A DNA stretch of 64,000 nt from Geosiphon pyriformis uo1 (taxonomy: Eukaryota; Fungi; Glomeromycota): assembly GCA_016748015.1 (NCBI GenBank), contig JAAOMT010000226.1:540604-604603 (forward strand), given 5' to 3'. The notes beneath the pieces are model-generated. The model saw only the letters and a program-made list of their open reading frames with translations, had not been told where the DNA came from and ran no database searches. Numbering within the stretch: position 1 is the stretch's first letter; each line of letters begins with the position of its first letter. Made by a program: the position numbers and the translations under genes. This document shows positions 25,947 through 39,500 of this stretch, one piece after another.

Positions 25947-26646
25947 TGTTACTCATAGAATATAGGAAGTATATTATTATTAGCAAGTAGATATTAGCCA
26001 ATCAGAAGTAGACATAGTAAATGTGAAATTCTAGGATTCCTCTCAGAGGAATTGCAAGATTCCAGGAATTTCAGGATTCTCTGGTGAGGAATTGCAGGAT
26101 TCCAGAATTTCAGGATTCCTCTCATCAGAAATTGCAGGATTCCAGAAATTCCAGGATTCTTATCACAAGGAATTAAAGAATTAAGAAATCTCAAATATGT
26201 ATATATAGCAGTAGTATTAGAAGCAGAAAAAGAGAATTGACACCAAGAATCCTTAGCTTAGTTACCACAATTCTCAAAATAAATAATTATTTATTATATC
26301 AAATTCATTCTTCACTATCAACACTTCATGTTGATAGTAACTAATATTTAACTATACTGGAACAATAGCTCTTGATTATGGCTATTAACAGGATACTAAC
26401 TTGCAAATTGCCTTGGCTTATTTCTTATTTTCTCTTTTATCTTTTCTTTATTTTCTTTGTTGTCTACTAACTTGATTAAAGGATTTACTCCTAGAGAACT
26501 TACAGAGGAATAAAACTTACTTAAACAATACTTACTCTTGGAGAACTTATGGAGAAATAAACTTGCTTAAACAATACTTACTCTTGGAGGACTTACGGAG
26601 GAACTGACATCAGAAAACAGCACTAGTATACACTTATGAAGGATAT
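25947..26646 (+). repeat. 3' LTR of element B (last ~230 bp missing)
   Basis: Matches 16523 to about 17222, then the alignment breaks at TGTTACAGG (26647). Confidence 0.9.
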
Positions 26647-28755
26647 TGTTACAGGATGGTTTTCTTGTTATATTTAATTGCTGATATCCTACTTTAATTG
26701 CAATTAGTCTTTCGTGAGTTCCTCAATTCTATTTGTGTGATAATGTCACTGTTACACTGAAGGCTTTCTTTTTACTGTTGCGATGTAAGTTATTCTTTAA
26801 TTCTTGATTGTTGTGTGTGTTTATGTACTCCTTCTCAGAGGCTGAACTGAAATCTACCCACTGTCTGGGGTCTTCTCTGAGGCTATCCTTGCAATTGCCT
26901 GATGTGTTTCTCTAATCTAGAAACACAGAATGTTAATGGTCTTTAGCGCTTTTTTAATTCTCACAATAAAGCTTTTATCAATTAGTAACAATGTGAATAA
27001 TCTTGATCAAGGATTATTCTTCCAAGGGATTCAGTTAATAAATGATAGTTTCATTCAATAAATAATACAAGTAAGTTTCTTAATACTTTGGGTTGTGATA
27101 GTTTCGTTTTAAATATTCTTTTTCATTTCTTTTTGATTTTTAAAGGTTTCTTGGGATATTTAATTTGAAAGTATGATTTAAAGTGGGGTTTGTTGGATAA
27201 AATTGGATCTGTTGCTTGATAAGTTATGATTTTTATTACTTGATTGATTCTTTCCCAATATTAAAACTACTGTATATATACATGTTTGTAGTTCTACGAG
27301 AAAATACTTTCTTTTTGATATTTCAATCTGGTGCTTGCTGCTATCACCAGTTGGTGTTNNNNNNNNNNNNNNNNNNNNNNNNNNNNNNNNNNNNNNNNNN
27401 NNNNNNNNNNNNNNNNNNNNNNNNNNNNNNNNNNNNNNNNNNNNNNNNNNNNNNNNNNNNNNNNNNNNNNNNNNNNNNNNNNNNNNNNNNNNNNNNNNNN
27501 NNNNNNNNNNNNNNNNNNNNNNNNNNNNNNNNNNNNNNNNNNNNNNNNNNNNNNNNNNNNNNNNNNNNNNNNNNNNNNNNNNNNNNNNNNNNNNNNNNNN
27601 NNNNNCTCTTTCAGGTATTATTCCTAAGTGCCCGTTGTCGAAGTATTGGATGTCGGTCACCTGTTCTAGGTCAGTATAGGCTACAAATTTTTCTGACTCG
27701 GGACCGTCAGGTGAGTCTTGTTGATTTATTGATTGATTTTGAGACTGCTGATTCTCAATTTCCATTTTTCTTTCTAAGTCCCTTTCGTCTTGACACTCTT
27801 CACAGCACTGACTTTGGCACGGGATGAGACAGTTTTCGCAGAGGTAAGTGTTGATTTGGGCGAGGTATTGTTCTTGCTCTTGTCGAGTGGGGCATAATTG
27901 TTAGTAGTAGTCCTGGAATTTGTCCATTGGGTCGAACATGTTGTAGCTGGTGACTTCGTCGGCTACTTCGGCTGACTCTTTCCAACGTCGTATTTCTTCG
28001 GCGGTTCCTTCTCTTACTTTGGCTTGTGCGGTGTTGTACAACTCGTCCTCGTCGTGTGGGTAGTACTGTAGTCTTTTTAACGCTCTGTTGAACACTGCTT
28101 CGAATGGCGTTCCTCCTCTTACCCAGTCACAGATGAGGATCGTGTATTGGCAAGTTGCATCACACGTTCCTCCTCTGCCTGGTAAGTCGTTCCAGTCGCA
28201 CCCTCTTGGTAACGGTTCTCTACAAGCGAGGCACGGTTTCTCGTCCCATTTTCTGTGTCTTTCTAGGTAACCGTATTTTTCTTTGTTACAACGGTTACAA
28301 TAGTAGTGGGTGGGGTTTCTTGGGTCTTCGTCCAGTGCGCTGCACGCAGTCATAGACGAGAGTTTCTTCTTGTAAACCGAGCATTCTAGCTTTGGTCTGC
28401 GTCGCTGGTGGTTTCTTCGTGAACTTACCTGGTTCCATTCGGATCTTTCTTCGCTGGTCCACATTGGTACGACTGGTAGTCCTGTTCTTTGGTCATCAGC
28501 CCAAGAGAGCTGATAGGTTTCGATGGCTGGTAGTGCTGGATTTTCCTCAAATTCGAAGGTAGGTCTTTGGTTGGCACTGGGTTTTTGGAAGTGGCCACAG
28601 GTGGCTGGAATTTTGGCCTGGTGGCCATTATAATTGATCAGAAGCTCTTGGGTGGTCCAGTCTAGGGTGGCGTTGGCTTTTGTTAACCAGTCATTCTCTA
28701 CTAACACTTGATATTGTGTAGCATCCATTACTAATACTTTTGTAGGTAAATACAC
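26647..28755 (-). mobile_element. Younger Gypsy element D: reverse LTR end (26647-27358) plus PR-Cys-rich-dUTPase-start fragment (27606-28755) across an assembly gap
   Basis: Minus strand ends ...ACCATCCTGTAACA like the B LTR end; TATA-like CATGTATATATACAG near 27270-27284. 27606-28755 is one frame with a single CAA>TAA stop, homologous to the A/B PR-to-dUTPase region. Linkage of the two parts across the gap is inferred. Confidence 0.75.
27359..27605. other. Assembly gap (247 N)
   Basis: Run of n characters. Confidence 1.
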
Positions 28756-29339
28756 TTTAATTAAAAGTATAAGAAATATTAATTAAATCAGATAAAATTT
28801 TACAAGATTTAGAACCAATTATTATTATTAAAGCCAGCATATTACAAAACTGAAAATTGTTATAAATATAATTAAAACACATAAAAAACAAAACAAAAAT
28901 AGAAATAACAATATATATACAATAGCATAATAATTGTATTAAATATTAGAAACTAAAAATAAAAAAAATAAAAAAGTTGGAAAAAACAATTTTTAATAGC
29001 ATACTATTATTATTACTTAAGACAATAGTTAAATATTTAGATATTATATATAAATAGTTTTAAATAGATATTAACAAAAAATTAATACAATAAATAAACT
29101 ATTTTATTAAAAAAAAACAACTTAATAATTTATTTAAAAATAATTTATTAGCTATATACAATTTAAAAAGTTAAGAACAGAAATTTTCAAAGCCATAATA
29201 AAAAAAAGTATGTAAACTTATTTAAAAAGAAAACTTAAGAAATTTTATAAAAGTTCAATATTAAAAAAAGAAGATAATATTACTTATATAAAGAAAAACA
29301 CAAAAATAATAGTATAAATAAACCAATAATAAAATAAAA

Positions 29340-29600
29340 AATTATTAAAATATACAATACCAGAAATTTTAAAAATTTCAGAAATTGCAGAAATACTAAC
29401 AAAAATGCCAAAAAATTTAAAAATACTAGAAATTTTAGTAATAATTTAAAAAAATTATAAAAATTTTAGGAATTTTGTATTATGAAAATTTATGTATATA
29501 TAACAAAAATAATAGAAATTAAAAAAATATAAATTAGAAATAAATATATATTTTATTAATTAATTAATAAATCTAAAATTATTATATTAAAATTTATATT
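29340..29600 (+). repeat. Heavily AT-eroded LTR-like relic (A/B-like U3 repeats plus TATA)
   Basis: CCAGAAATTTTAAAAATTTCAGAAATTGCAGAAAT units followed by TATGTATATATAAC resemble the B U3 and TATA region with G>A/C>T erosion. Confidence 0.45.
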
Positions 29601-29619
29601 ATTGTTATATTAATGTCAT

Positions 29620-30430
29620 TATTTATCAGAAATTTTTCTGTTTTTTTTAATATTATTAATGTTGTTTTACTATTAATTCTGCTGTTAATAAAAATTGATA
29701 AATTTTTAATAAGTTAATTTTTCTTCCAAAGTATTTTTCTATATTTTGGACTATGTATATTGTTGGATTTATAATAAAATGGCCAATTTTATGCCAATTA
29801 TTTGTATAGTTATTTTGTAGTAAAAATCAACTTTTTTACAAAAAATTTTGTCTGTAAGCTTTTTAAAAATGTGTATAGTTACTTTGCTATAAAAGTCAAT
29901 TTTTTTACAGAAAATTTTAATTGTAAACTACTTAATAATATAAAAAAAAATAAAAAAATAAAAAAAAATAAACTAAAAAAAATAAGAAAATATGTTAAAA
30001 AAATTATCTTGAATTTAGATCTGAAAATTGTTAACAGTTACTGAAATTGGTAACTAATTAATTTCAAATTATTAGTATAGAATAGTTAATTTCGAACAAA
30101 AATAATTAAGAATTTTGTTTTTCAAAGTAAGTTTTATTAAAATTGATTTATAAAAAAAATATTTAATAAAAAGTTAATTCTAAATAAGATATATTTTCTT
30201 AAAGAAAGAAGCTTTTTTTTTATACAACTTGTTATAATACTATTTTAAAATTTAATACTTTTTTTTTTCTAATATTTTGGGAAACTAAAAATATATTTCA
30301 TTAAATTACAAGTTATTTCTATGAATTATAAATTATTTTAATAAACTGTTGGCTATTTTGTTAAATTATAAAATATTTTGACAAATTTTAAATGTTATAT
30401 AGTTTAGTATATTACATAATCTAATTATAT
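29620..30430 (-). repeat. Heavily AT-eroded copy of the family-E LTR
   Basis: Reverse complement aligns with 4490-5240, e.g. TAGCAAAGTAACTATACACATTTTT..GCTTACAGAC..AATTGGCCATT and ACAAGTTGTATAAAAAAAAAGCTTCTTTCTTTAAGAAAATATATCTT. Confidence 0.8.
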
Positions 30431-30898
30431 ATAATACTGCTTATAATAAAACTATAATAAAAAAATAGCTTAATATAAAACTAATATTTTTTTTAATTTA
30501 CAAAAAAACTATATATATAAATAAACTACTTAAAATTTATATATTATATTAATTTATTTATTTTAAATTTATTTAGCATATTGTTTTTTCAGAAGTTAAT
30601 AATTTAAATAATTAAATTTTAGATAACTAAATTTAAAACTTAATTGTATATTAATAATACTAATTATAATTATAATTAATATAATTAGAAACAAATTAAT
30701 TAATTATATTTTTTAATAATTATTTTTAAATTATAATTACAGATTTAAAATATTAAATTATTTAAATAAAGTATATAAGAATTTTAAAGCATAATAAAAT
30801 TTGCTATTATTAAATTATATGTATTAATCTTAAATTTTTATTGGTATTTCTTAGTTTGTTAAAATTTTTTATATTTAATTTAATTATAATTAAGTTAA

Positions 30899-33800
30899 TT
30901 TTTTTTTTTTTTTTATTGCTTAATGAGTGAGGTCCAAACACTACCTAGTACTATACATCAAAGAATTGATTTAAACTAGGCATGAATCATGCACTTTCTA
31001 CACGTGACCAGCCATTCGGGCCGATCAAGACAACACTACGCAGCTATATGAACTGATACCAGCTTACCTATACTTGAAAAGAACAAGCAAGACTCGTGAA
31101 AACCAAAAAAAACACCTAAAGCATTAGTAATGCCAAGTAACCTAACCACTCCTGCAGAGAATCTTGAAGCCAAACCATGAACCAAGACGACGGCTAAACT
31201 ATTTAGCGGAATCAGTTCTTTCTTCTCCATATACACATGATGCTTAGCATGAATCGACCATACATTCTTCCTGAAAGCAAGACCAAGAGAGCACACAAAC
31301 TTGACAATCTCCAAAACAGCAATCTTGGGGTCATGAAAGACGGAAACAGCCTCACAAAACCACCTATTAAAAACAAAGCCCTTGAAAAGAGCCATAGACA
31401 TAGAGGAATCAGAAACACTGGATAATAACAGCCGCAAAATACCCGAGGAAGAATGAGAGGAACCAGAAAGCACCTTCCAGGACCCTACATGGGAATTCAA
31501 CAACTGATGTTCATCAACCTTGTAAGAGAACACATGATCTGACACCTCCACCTCACCACAATACAAGCACAACACGCTAGGATAATGTTTATCATAGAGG
31601 TGCTTCCGAACAGCAACTGACAGCCGATGGTGTAAAGACTTCATAAAATACGTACGCACACCGGACGAATACCTGCTGGTGAAACCTGCAGCCATGTGCA
31701 AATCAGGATGCCATACCAATGACAAACAGGGCCAATCAACCTCAGAAGACAAGCTGCCTACCAAGACCCCAGAACCAGAACCAATCTCCCATTGCACACG
31801 ACAAATAGAATGATAAATATTACGAACAAAATGCCTCGAATTCCCAGAAACAATACCACCATTAGCCGTCAAGAAGTGCTCACTCAAGCGAGAAGGAAGA
31901 TACCAATTGGAGAGAGAAGCGGCACCAGCGATCGTGTCAACATGCTTATTCCCCGAAACACCAGAGTGACCTTTTACCTTGTGAAAGCTGACCCTTAACT
32001 TCTTACTGCGAATTACATTGACAATATGACGACGTTCGACCCAACACTGATTACGATAATCGGGACACACCAGATCCAACTCTGACCTGCAAGCATCCAA
32101 CACCGATTGACTATCTGAGAACAAACAAACAGAGCTTGACGAGGGAACACACTCCAGAGCCAAGGCAACAGCCTGCAATTCTGCCAAAGTAGACAACATC
32201 AAACCCGATACACTTACGCCCAAACCCAAACCAATGTCCTCAAAAAAAACAGCAGCACCAGCTCTACAGCCAACCGTACCAAGATCACTAAGAGATCCAT
32301 CCGTATATACCAACAGGCTGCTAGCACTGGTCATCAAGAGATGATCACAAACAGACACAAATTCACCAGACTTAAGAATGTTCAAAGGACTACCATCACC
32401 CAAAACTAAAGACCGAGCATGAAAAGATCCCACACTATTGAGAAACAAAACAGAATACTTGAACCACTCAGGAACTGAGCCACGGGAGTCCAATCTCTTC
32501 CACCGCTTGAAAGTGTACCAATCATAGACAGCACTATGACGGTCATAAAGTTGATTCACAAAGGCAATACTATACTGCCAAAGGGAAGAGAGAAACTTGA
32601 GAAACCTTGACTCACCCAGAACTTCAGACATAGGCACTCCACCATGAGACCGAAAGGAACTAACTAAAGAGCCACCCATAGACATATTGCAATCGAAAAG
32701 AACCCGAACCATGCCTGCCAGAAAGTTATTAGATGCACTAACACATATACAAACAGGAGAACACAACAGATGAACAGGGCGCCAACACAGAACTTGCAAG
32801 TCATGAGATCTGTGGGAAAACAAATGACTCAAGATACCATCAGAGTTCGCAAAACCGACAAGGGAAGCAATCTTGCTCTCAGATTGAACTTGAAAAAATG
32901 ACTTTAAACCATATAACAAAGGGTGGTAAATCATATCATTGGGGAAGTCGAGTGGCAAACCAGACTTGAGCTTCAAACTCTTACGAATCAGAGCATCCCA
33001 CTTGTTGCACACGCCAACAGGAATAAAACTGAACTGAGTTCTATAGCTGACTATTGGATGCAGAACTGCTGACACCAAATACAAGAACTGCTTATCTAAG
33101 ACTGTCTTCCTCAACACCAGATTGGTAAAAAAGCGAACGTCCGAATGCGCCTTAACCAAGCTAGGCTTCAAAAGACCCTCAGTTGATAGAAAAATGCTCA
33201 GATATCGGTGAGATTCCCCCTTTTTGGCAATAGAAATGGGCGAACCGCTGATAGAAAGAGAGGGACTGCTGACTCTGCTATTGATAAGAATGGCTACCAT
33301 CTTGTCATTATTAATAGAGATGTCATTGACACAAAAAAATTCACTAGCAATATTGAGAATATGTTGAGTAGCCATCTGACTGCTATCAACCTAAATTGTA
33401 TCATCAACAAAAGCACCAGCGGCAAAAAAAGAAGAAAACCCAGCCTGGGATTCAGAACGACCATTCTTGGAAACAAAGTGAGAATTCAACCTATACCCAC
33501 ATACACTCTCCTGTCTTGTGACTTCACACAAAAGAGGATCATAAAATATGCGCCAAAGAAGGGGAGAGAAGACCTCTCCCTGGTCCAAACCATTGTGCAT
33601 ACAATAACCACTTGTCAATCCAAAATCAGTCATGACTCAGTTGGTACAATCCCTATAAATACCACCAAAAAACCGAATAAATTTGCTACACATCTTAATC
33701 CTGACCAAACTTTTCTCTAAATGCTCCCAGCCAACTAAGTCATATGCTTTCCGCATGTCCTGTAGAACCAGCCATAGTTCTCTGTTTTTTTCCAAAGCAT

Positions 33801-35513
33801 CTTCGACCACTGAACCAATTGCAAAAATAGGGGACTGGATTGTCATACCCTTTAGAACCGAGAAATTGGCCCCCCGAAGCACGTCAAAAGTACTGCATGC
33901 CAAAGAAATCCTGTTAGAAAGTATCTTGGAAAGAACCTTGCGAGCCATTTCGATCAAGGCAATAGGATGTGTGTTCGTCAAAACACCTTCCCACTCATAA
34001 GGTTTCAGAATCATCAAGACCCATGCTTCTTTCCAAGGGCCAGGCACTGACTCACTAGACAAACAAGAGTTCAAGAGCACCAACAACATATCTAAAACTG
34101 ACCTATCACAATGTTTCCAAAGCTCATTTGAAATACCCAACAAACCAGCCGCTTTACCATCTGGAAGATCAGAAATCATCCCAAAGAACTCATCATACCC
34201 AATTGAACACATGACACCAGAAAAAGCTTCATCAAAAACATACTCCAGCGGCTGATATTGGAGGCGCCAATCATCCGAGACATTATCACCCACCCGATGC
34301 TTCCTAGTCCAACCTTCCATGATCGCATCCACCTTGGACTTGACCTGCCCAGGTTCCAAAATCAATTCATCATTAACTACCAAATGATCCAGCACAATCT
34401 TATGAAACGGGCACTCCAAAATGCTCCTAATTGTATGACCTTTATTTATCTCAAAGCTTTCTATCCTCTTGTCTATCGCAGATCTGATGCATGCTTCTTT
34501 AGCATTCTGAGATTCAACGAGCTTGGACTTTCGATAAGATTTCCTGGCACCAAAAAGAGCAGAACACACACGATCAGATTCCACACCAGAGTCCACCAGA
34601 TCCTAAATGACCAAAGCCTTGACACTGTTCAGAAAAGCCCAACACTTCATGAGAGAAGCAAAATCTACAGCACACTTCACACGAAATGCCTTAATAATTT
34701 TTGAAACCAGAAGCTCCAACTTGTGAAACCTTGAAAACTCCTTGGTAAAAACACCATCAAATTCTTTGAACCACTTTTTCTTGAATACTTTATTAGCTGA
34801 GAGAACCATTATCCTGCGAACAACATCCCATATTGCATCCAAATCCAAAAACCTCACAGAAACAGTGAACTCATCTGAGAATATTGTTGCATTAGCCAAT
34901 GTGGCACACTTAAAATTGATCCATTTACTCTCATCAGCACTCTTGAAATCAAACTTCCATCTGTCCCTGTTTGCATGCTTGCGAAAAGAGTTCAATTGCA
35001 CATCCAGAAGTCCACCTAAACCCAAAGACACTGAAACAGCTTGATGATCCGTGTCAAAGTGCTCACCGACACCCGAAACATTATGATGTACCATCGCATT
35101 AACCAGATTTGGAGAGACAAACATGTAATCAATCATTCTCTTGACACCTCTAGAATTCTCCCAAGTGGGCATTTTCGCAGCCGGGCTTCCGACTAAAGAG
35201 TTAATCAATCCCAAATCAAAGCACCTCTTGAAACTCGCACACTTACGAGAGCCGTCTTCATTAAAATTGCCACTGAGGATAACAAAGGAAGACTCGTTAA
35301 CAGCCTTTGTGATGACAGAGTTGATTTCACCTGCCTGAGAGAACTGGACTGCCGAAGAAGCACCAGCGTAAAGTCCCAAAATTGACACAGAGAGCCTGTT
35401 CTTAAAAAGTAACTTGATAGATATGAGCCAACCTGGCACTTCAGACACCTTGCTCACATGTTTTGCCAGAGAAAAGTTCATAACCACCGCCACACCAGCA
35501 CCCAGATATCCAA
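30899..35513 (-). mobile_element. Non-LTR retrotransposon (LINE) with APE-RT-RNaseH-Zn ORF2, 5'-truncated, poly(A) tail
   Basis: APE (G(D)FNE, IDYMFVS, TDHQAV), RT (PIAL, QDMRKAYD, GLDQGEVFSPLLW, FVDD), RNase H (YTDGS, AELQA, SDSQ, KVKGHSG..GN..D), CLYC..DH. 3' UTR ends AATAAA plus an A run at 30899-30914. Confidence 0.95.
31036..35510 (-). pseudogene. LINE ORF2 (endonuclease-reverse transcriptase-RNase H)
   Basis: Four listed ORFs lie in one frame, broken only by three stops (34603, 33637, 33391) explicable as single transitions; no frameshift. Confidence 0.9.
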
Positions 35514-36539
35514 AATAAATTAATTGCTAATTTTTTACTTTTTTGTTATTAATTAATTTTTGTTAGATTAACTTTGATAATATAGTTTTTTACATAATTT
35601 TAATGCTAATTTTTTTAATATATATTATAATTTTTTTTACATAAAAATATTATATTTTGATTTAAAAATACACTAATAATAATATTTAATATTTTATAAT
35701 AAATATAATATAATAAAATTTGCAAAAACAAAAATATTATTATTTGTTTTTTTAAGTTAAAATTTTTATTATTAAATTGTTTAACAAAAAATTAATTAAA
35801 TTTTAATCTAAATATTTTTTAAAGCTAATACTCTTTTTAAAACTATTTTTATTGAAATTATTACTTAAAATTACAAAAAAAAATTTGTTTATAGTTTTAA
35901 CTATTAAAAATTTAATAATACTAATTTTAAATTAATTGTATTTTTACAAATATATCAATATAAAATCTCAAAATTAAAACAAAAAGCTTGTTTTTAAACA
36001 GTAATTTAATTAGCAAAAACCAATTAATTATCTTAAAAATATTATATACATGTTTAATAAAATTATTGTTTATAATAAATATAATATTAAAATTCAAATA
36101 ACTAAAATTAAACTTGAAATAAAAACATATATTCTATTAAACTTGTTTTTAATCTAAAATTTAATTTAATTTTTTAGTTTTATTTTAATAATAATAAAAA
36201 TTAAATTGTTTATATTTCAATAATATTTTATAATTATATTTTGTCTTATAAAATTGTTTATGTTTTTAATATTATACACAACAATTTTTTAAACAAAACT
36301 AATTATTAGAATAAAAATTTATCAAAACTTAAAACCAAATTGAAATTATTTATTTTTATTATTAAACTTATAATTATTATTAATAAACTTTTAATGCTTA
36401 AATTTAATTTTTTAAATTATAAAAAACTTTAAATATTAATAGTTTTATTGTAAATAATTACATTTATATTCTTTTTTATTGTTATATTATTTATTTAATT
36501 TTACAAAAAAAAGGTTATTAATGTTTTATAATACTATAA

Positions 36540-39500
36540 ATCTTTCTCTTATCAATCTTCTAATTATAACAAGAATGAAGATTTATTAAAGAATTAATTT
36601 GTTTTTTCTCTCTTTTTCTTTTGTATTCCTTTAGTTATTTCTTTTAACTTATCTTTTTTTATTATAATAGAACTGGTGGGTTTTTTTGCTAATGGTTTTA
36701 GTTCAGATTCAACTGGTTTAAAGATTTATTTGAGCACCAAAAAAAAACATGTGAAAAATATATATTTTTGTAGTATATTTTATAAAAAGTTAAAAAAATC
36801 TAATGTGGGTGTTAATGTAATTAACTCATTTGTTGGCTTTTTAAGTTTTGTAAATGTTAGTGTTTTTAATGACAATCCAAAAATATCATAAGGAAGTAAA
36901 GTTAATATTAAAGCCAGTAATATTAGTAGTTTATTAAACATAAAAAATATAAAAAACATGATTGTTAAAAAAACTAGCTATATAAATTCAGATACTTTGG
37001 TATTTGACAATAATATGGACAATACTACACTACAGAAAACTTATACTCAAATATACATATTAAATTATTTACTAAAAACCTCTTTATTTGTGAATTTAAG
37101 TAATAATAAAGATGTATTAATGCTTTTATTATCTAAGTTTGATAGTTCTAAACAACTTTTATTGATCAGATTATGTGTTTCAAAAAAACAGAGTTTCAAT
37201 TTGGCAAAGTTGTTTATATTAAATATTAAGTTGTTTGTTATACTTAACAAAACTAATAGTAATAAATTAATTACAGTATAAAAATTTTTTTATTATATTA
37301 ATAGTTTTAAGAGAACATTTATTTTCTTAAAATTTTTAAAGATTATTAAGTCATTTTTTACATTAGAATTGAGTTTAAATAAAGCAAAAAAATGGAAAAA
37401 TTATGATAAATAATAATATAAAAAAACAAATAATTATACAGATTAAGAAATAATTGTCAAGAAAATCTTAGTAGATCTTTTCAAACCAGCTGTAAAATCA
37501 GTGTTTTCTAAATTTGACAAGATTGTGTTAATCAAAATACAACTTATTAGTCTTTGGCAAAAAGCTTTAATAAAATTTGAATTAGTTGAAATTGTCAATT
37601 TGGTTGTAGTCAAGTAGTCTGCTCTTATAAAAAAAATTTTGTGCATATAATATTGGCTGTTAATGATAAACAAACATAGATATTTAGAAATTAACATCAG
37701 ACTTTATTGTACACTTTATTAGTTAGTATTACTGCTCATAATTTTACTAATTTGTTGGAATAATATGATAAAAAAACTTGCTATATTAGCTGCAATCCTG
37801 GTTTTTATGTTTATAACAAATGTGTTGTGATTTGTTTTGTTAATAAAACATTAAAAAAAACTGCTATTAGTTTTATTTCTGTCTTTAAAAATATGAATTT
37901 ATATTGGGCTGGTCTTTTTTTGGCTTATTGTGCTTAATACAAACAATTTAGTTATGTTTCTAATATGTGTTTAGTGGATAAAAATTTAAGTGATTGCAAT
38001 AAATAAGTAATTAATTCTTAAGATAAAATTTGCTTAGTAAATATATATATATAAAAACAAATATCAATTACTTGATTAATCTTATTTGGTAGAAAAACTT
38101 GGATTCAAATTGCTAATAGTTCTGTTTTTTATATAATAACTTTGGTTTTTTTTGGCATTGGTTCATCTTTAGATATTAAACTTTTTTTATTGGTTTTTTT
38201 GGAAGTAAGTGATAGGTTTGTTGTTCTTAAGTGCAATTTTGACAGTTTTGTAAAGCAAATTAGTAAGCTGACTAAAAGATTAAATGCACTTGAACTAATA
38301 GTTCTCTAATTTAATCCTAAATGTCAGTTATTGGTAATTTCTTTATTACAAAATTAAGAGACAAATATAGTAATAAGTAAAGGTTTAAATACAGCTATTA
38401 ATGGCAAAACTTTTGCTCAAGCAAAGATTTTGGATCTGTCAATCATCAAAAAATTCAAATATAATTATAGATTTGCTAACCAAAGTAAATAAAAAAAGTT
38501 TGGATTTAGATACTATTTTTCAACAATAACTGATTTAATTTGGAAGATTGTTATATATAATGTTAGTATAAACAATTCTGCTAAGCAAAAAAATATTATT
38601 TATTGACATAAAAAAATGAACAATTTGATTTTTATTATTACTAAAACAAAATTAAATAATAAAATTCATTTATAGATTATGAACAAATTTGATGATGTTT
38701 AAGTGATTACATTTGGTTTGAAATCTGGCTACTTAGATTTTGGTATTATAATTATCATAAATATTGATTTGACAAAACATGTATACAAAATTTCAGAGAT
38801 TGCTAATAAACTTTTGTTTATTAAGCTGTTTTTTAAAAATAAACTTTCTATGTTAATTTTGGGACTGTATACTGATATCACTTTAGTAACATGCTTGGTT
38901 TAAGCTAAAAAGATTAATTTACTAATTGCTAAAGCTGTGAACAAAATTTTATTTGTGATTTTAAAGGTAATTTCAATAAAAATAGTTTTTGCAGATATGT
39001 TAGCTTCAAAAAATGTTTTAATCTGAAACTGGTTAATTCTTTGGCAGAAAGCTTAGTTGCAAAAACTTTAACATAAAATAATTTTAAGAGTGCTGAAAAA
39101 ACAATTGATTTTATATTTGTCTTCTTAAATTTGATTAATATGATAGTAGATCATAATATTTTAGATATTGGAAAGCACTTTAATATTGATTATTAAGTGG
39201 TCTTTGTTTTTGTAAGTTTAAGTAATTTGTTAAATATACACTTAAACTTTTTTATAAGTTAACAAATAGAGACTGCTAAAAGTTTAATTTTAAAAATACC
39301 AATAATACAAAATAAAACAGATTCAAAGATACTACAATGGTCAATACTATTATGTTTTTTGATAAATTTGTTATATTTAGAAATTTCTCAAATATAGATA
39401 CAATGTAAAATATTATTCATAAAATAGTAAGTTTATTAACCAATAAAGTGTTTAAAAAAAATGGTTTAAGAGTTTTAATAGTGTTTTCATCAAAAAAGCT

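Larger units (their letters stand above)
16523..26646 (+). mobile_element. Ty3/Gypsy LTR retrotransposon B (related to A), 3' LTR truncated by element D
   Basis: 5' LTR 16523-17450 (TGTTAC...GTAACA), PBS TGGTGCTTCCTGTGAAA, gag ATG 17512, PR LILDSGS, dUTPase, RT YLDD, IN, ORF3, PPT AAAAGGAAGAAATAA, 3' LTR from 25947. Confidence 0.95.

Noticed and set aside
27178-27827. ORFs spanning the N run
   Set aside because: Open only because N codons contain no stops; only the minus-strand part 27606-27765 is real (element D).
27606-28755. Continuation of element C after element B
   Set aside because: It overlaps a region already present in C (terminal Cys cluster to dUTPase start) and is far less mutated, so it is a different element.
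29802-30044. 80-aa K/N/F-rich ORF
   Set aside because: Lies in an AT-eroded LTR relic; low-complexity artefact.
33208-35338. Plus-strand ORFs of 65-170 aa over the LINE
   Set aside because: Antisense shadows of ORF2 with no recognisable motifs.
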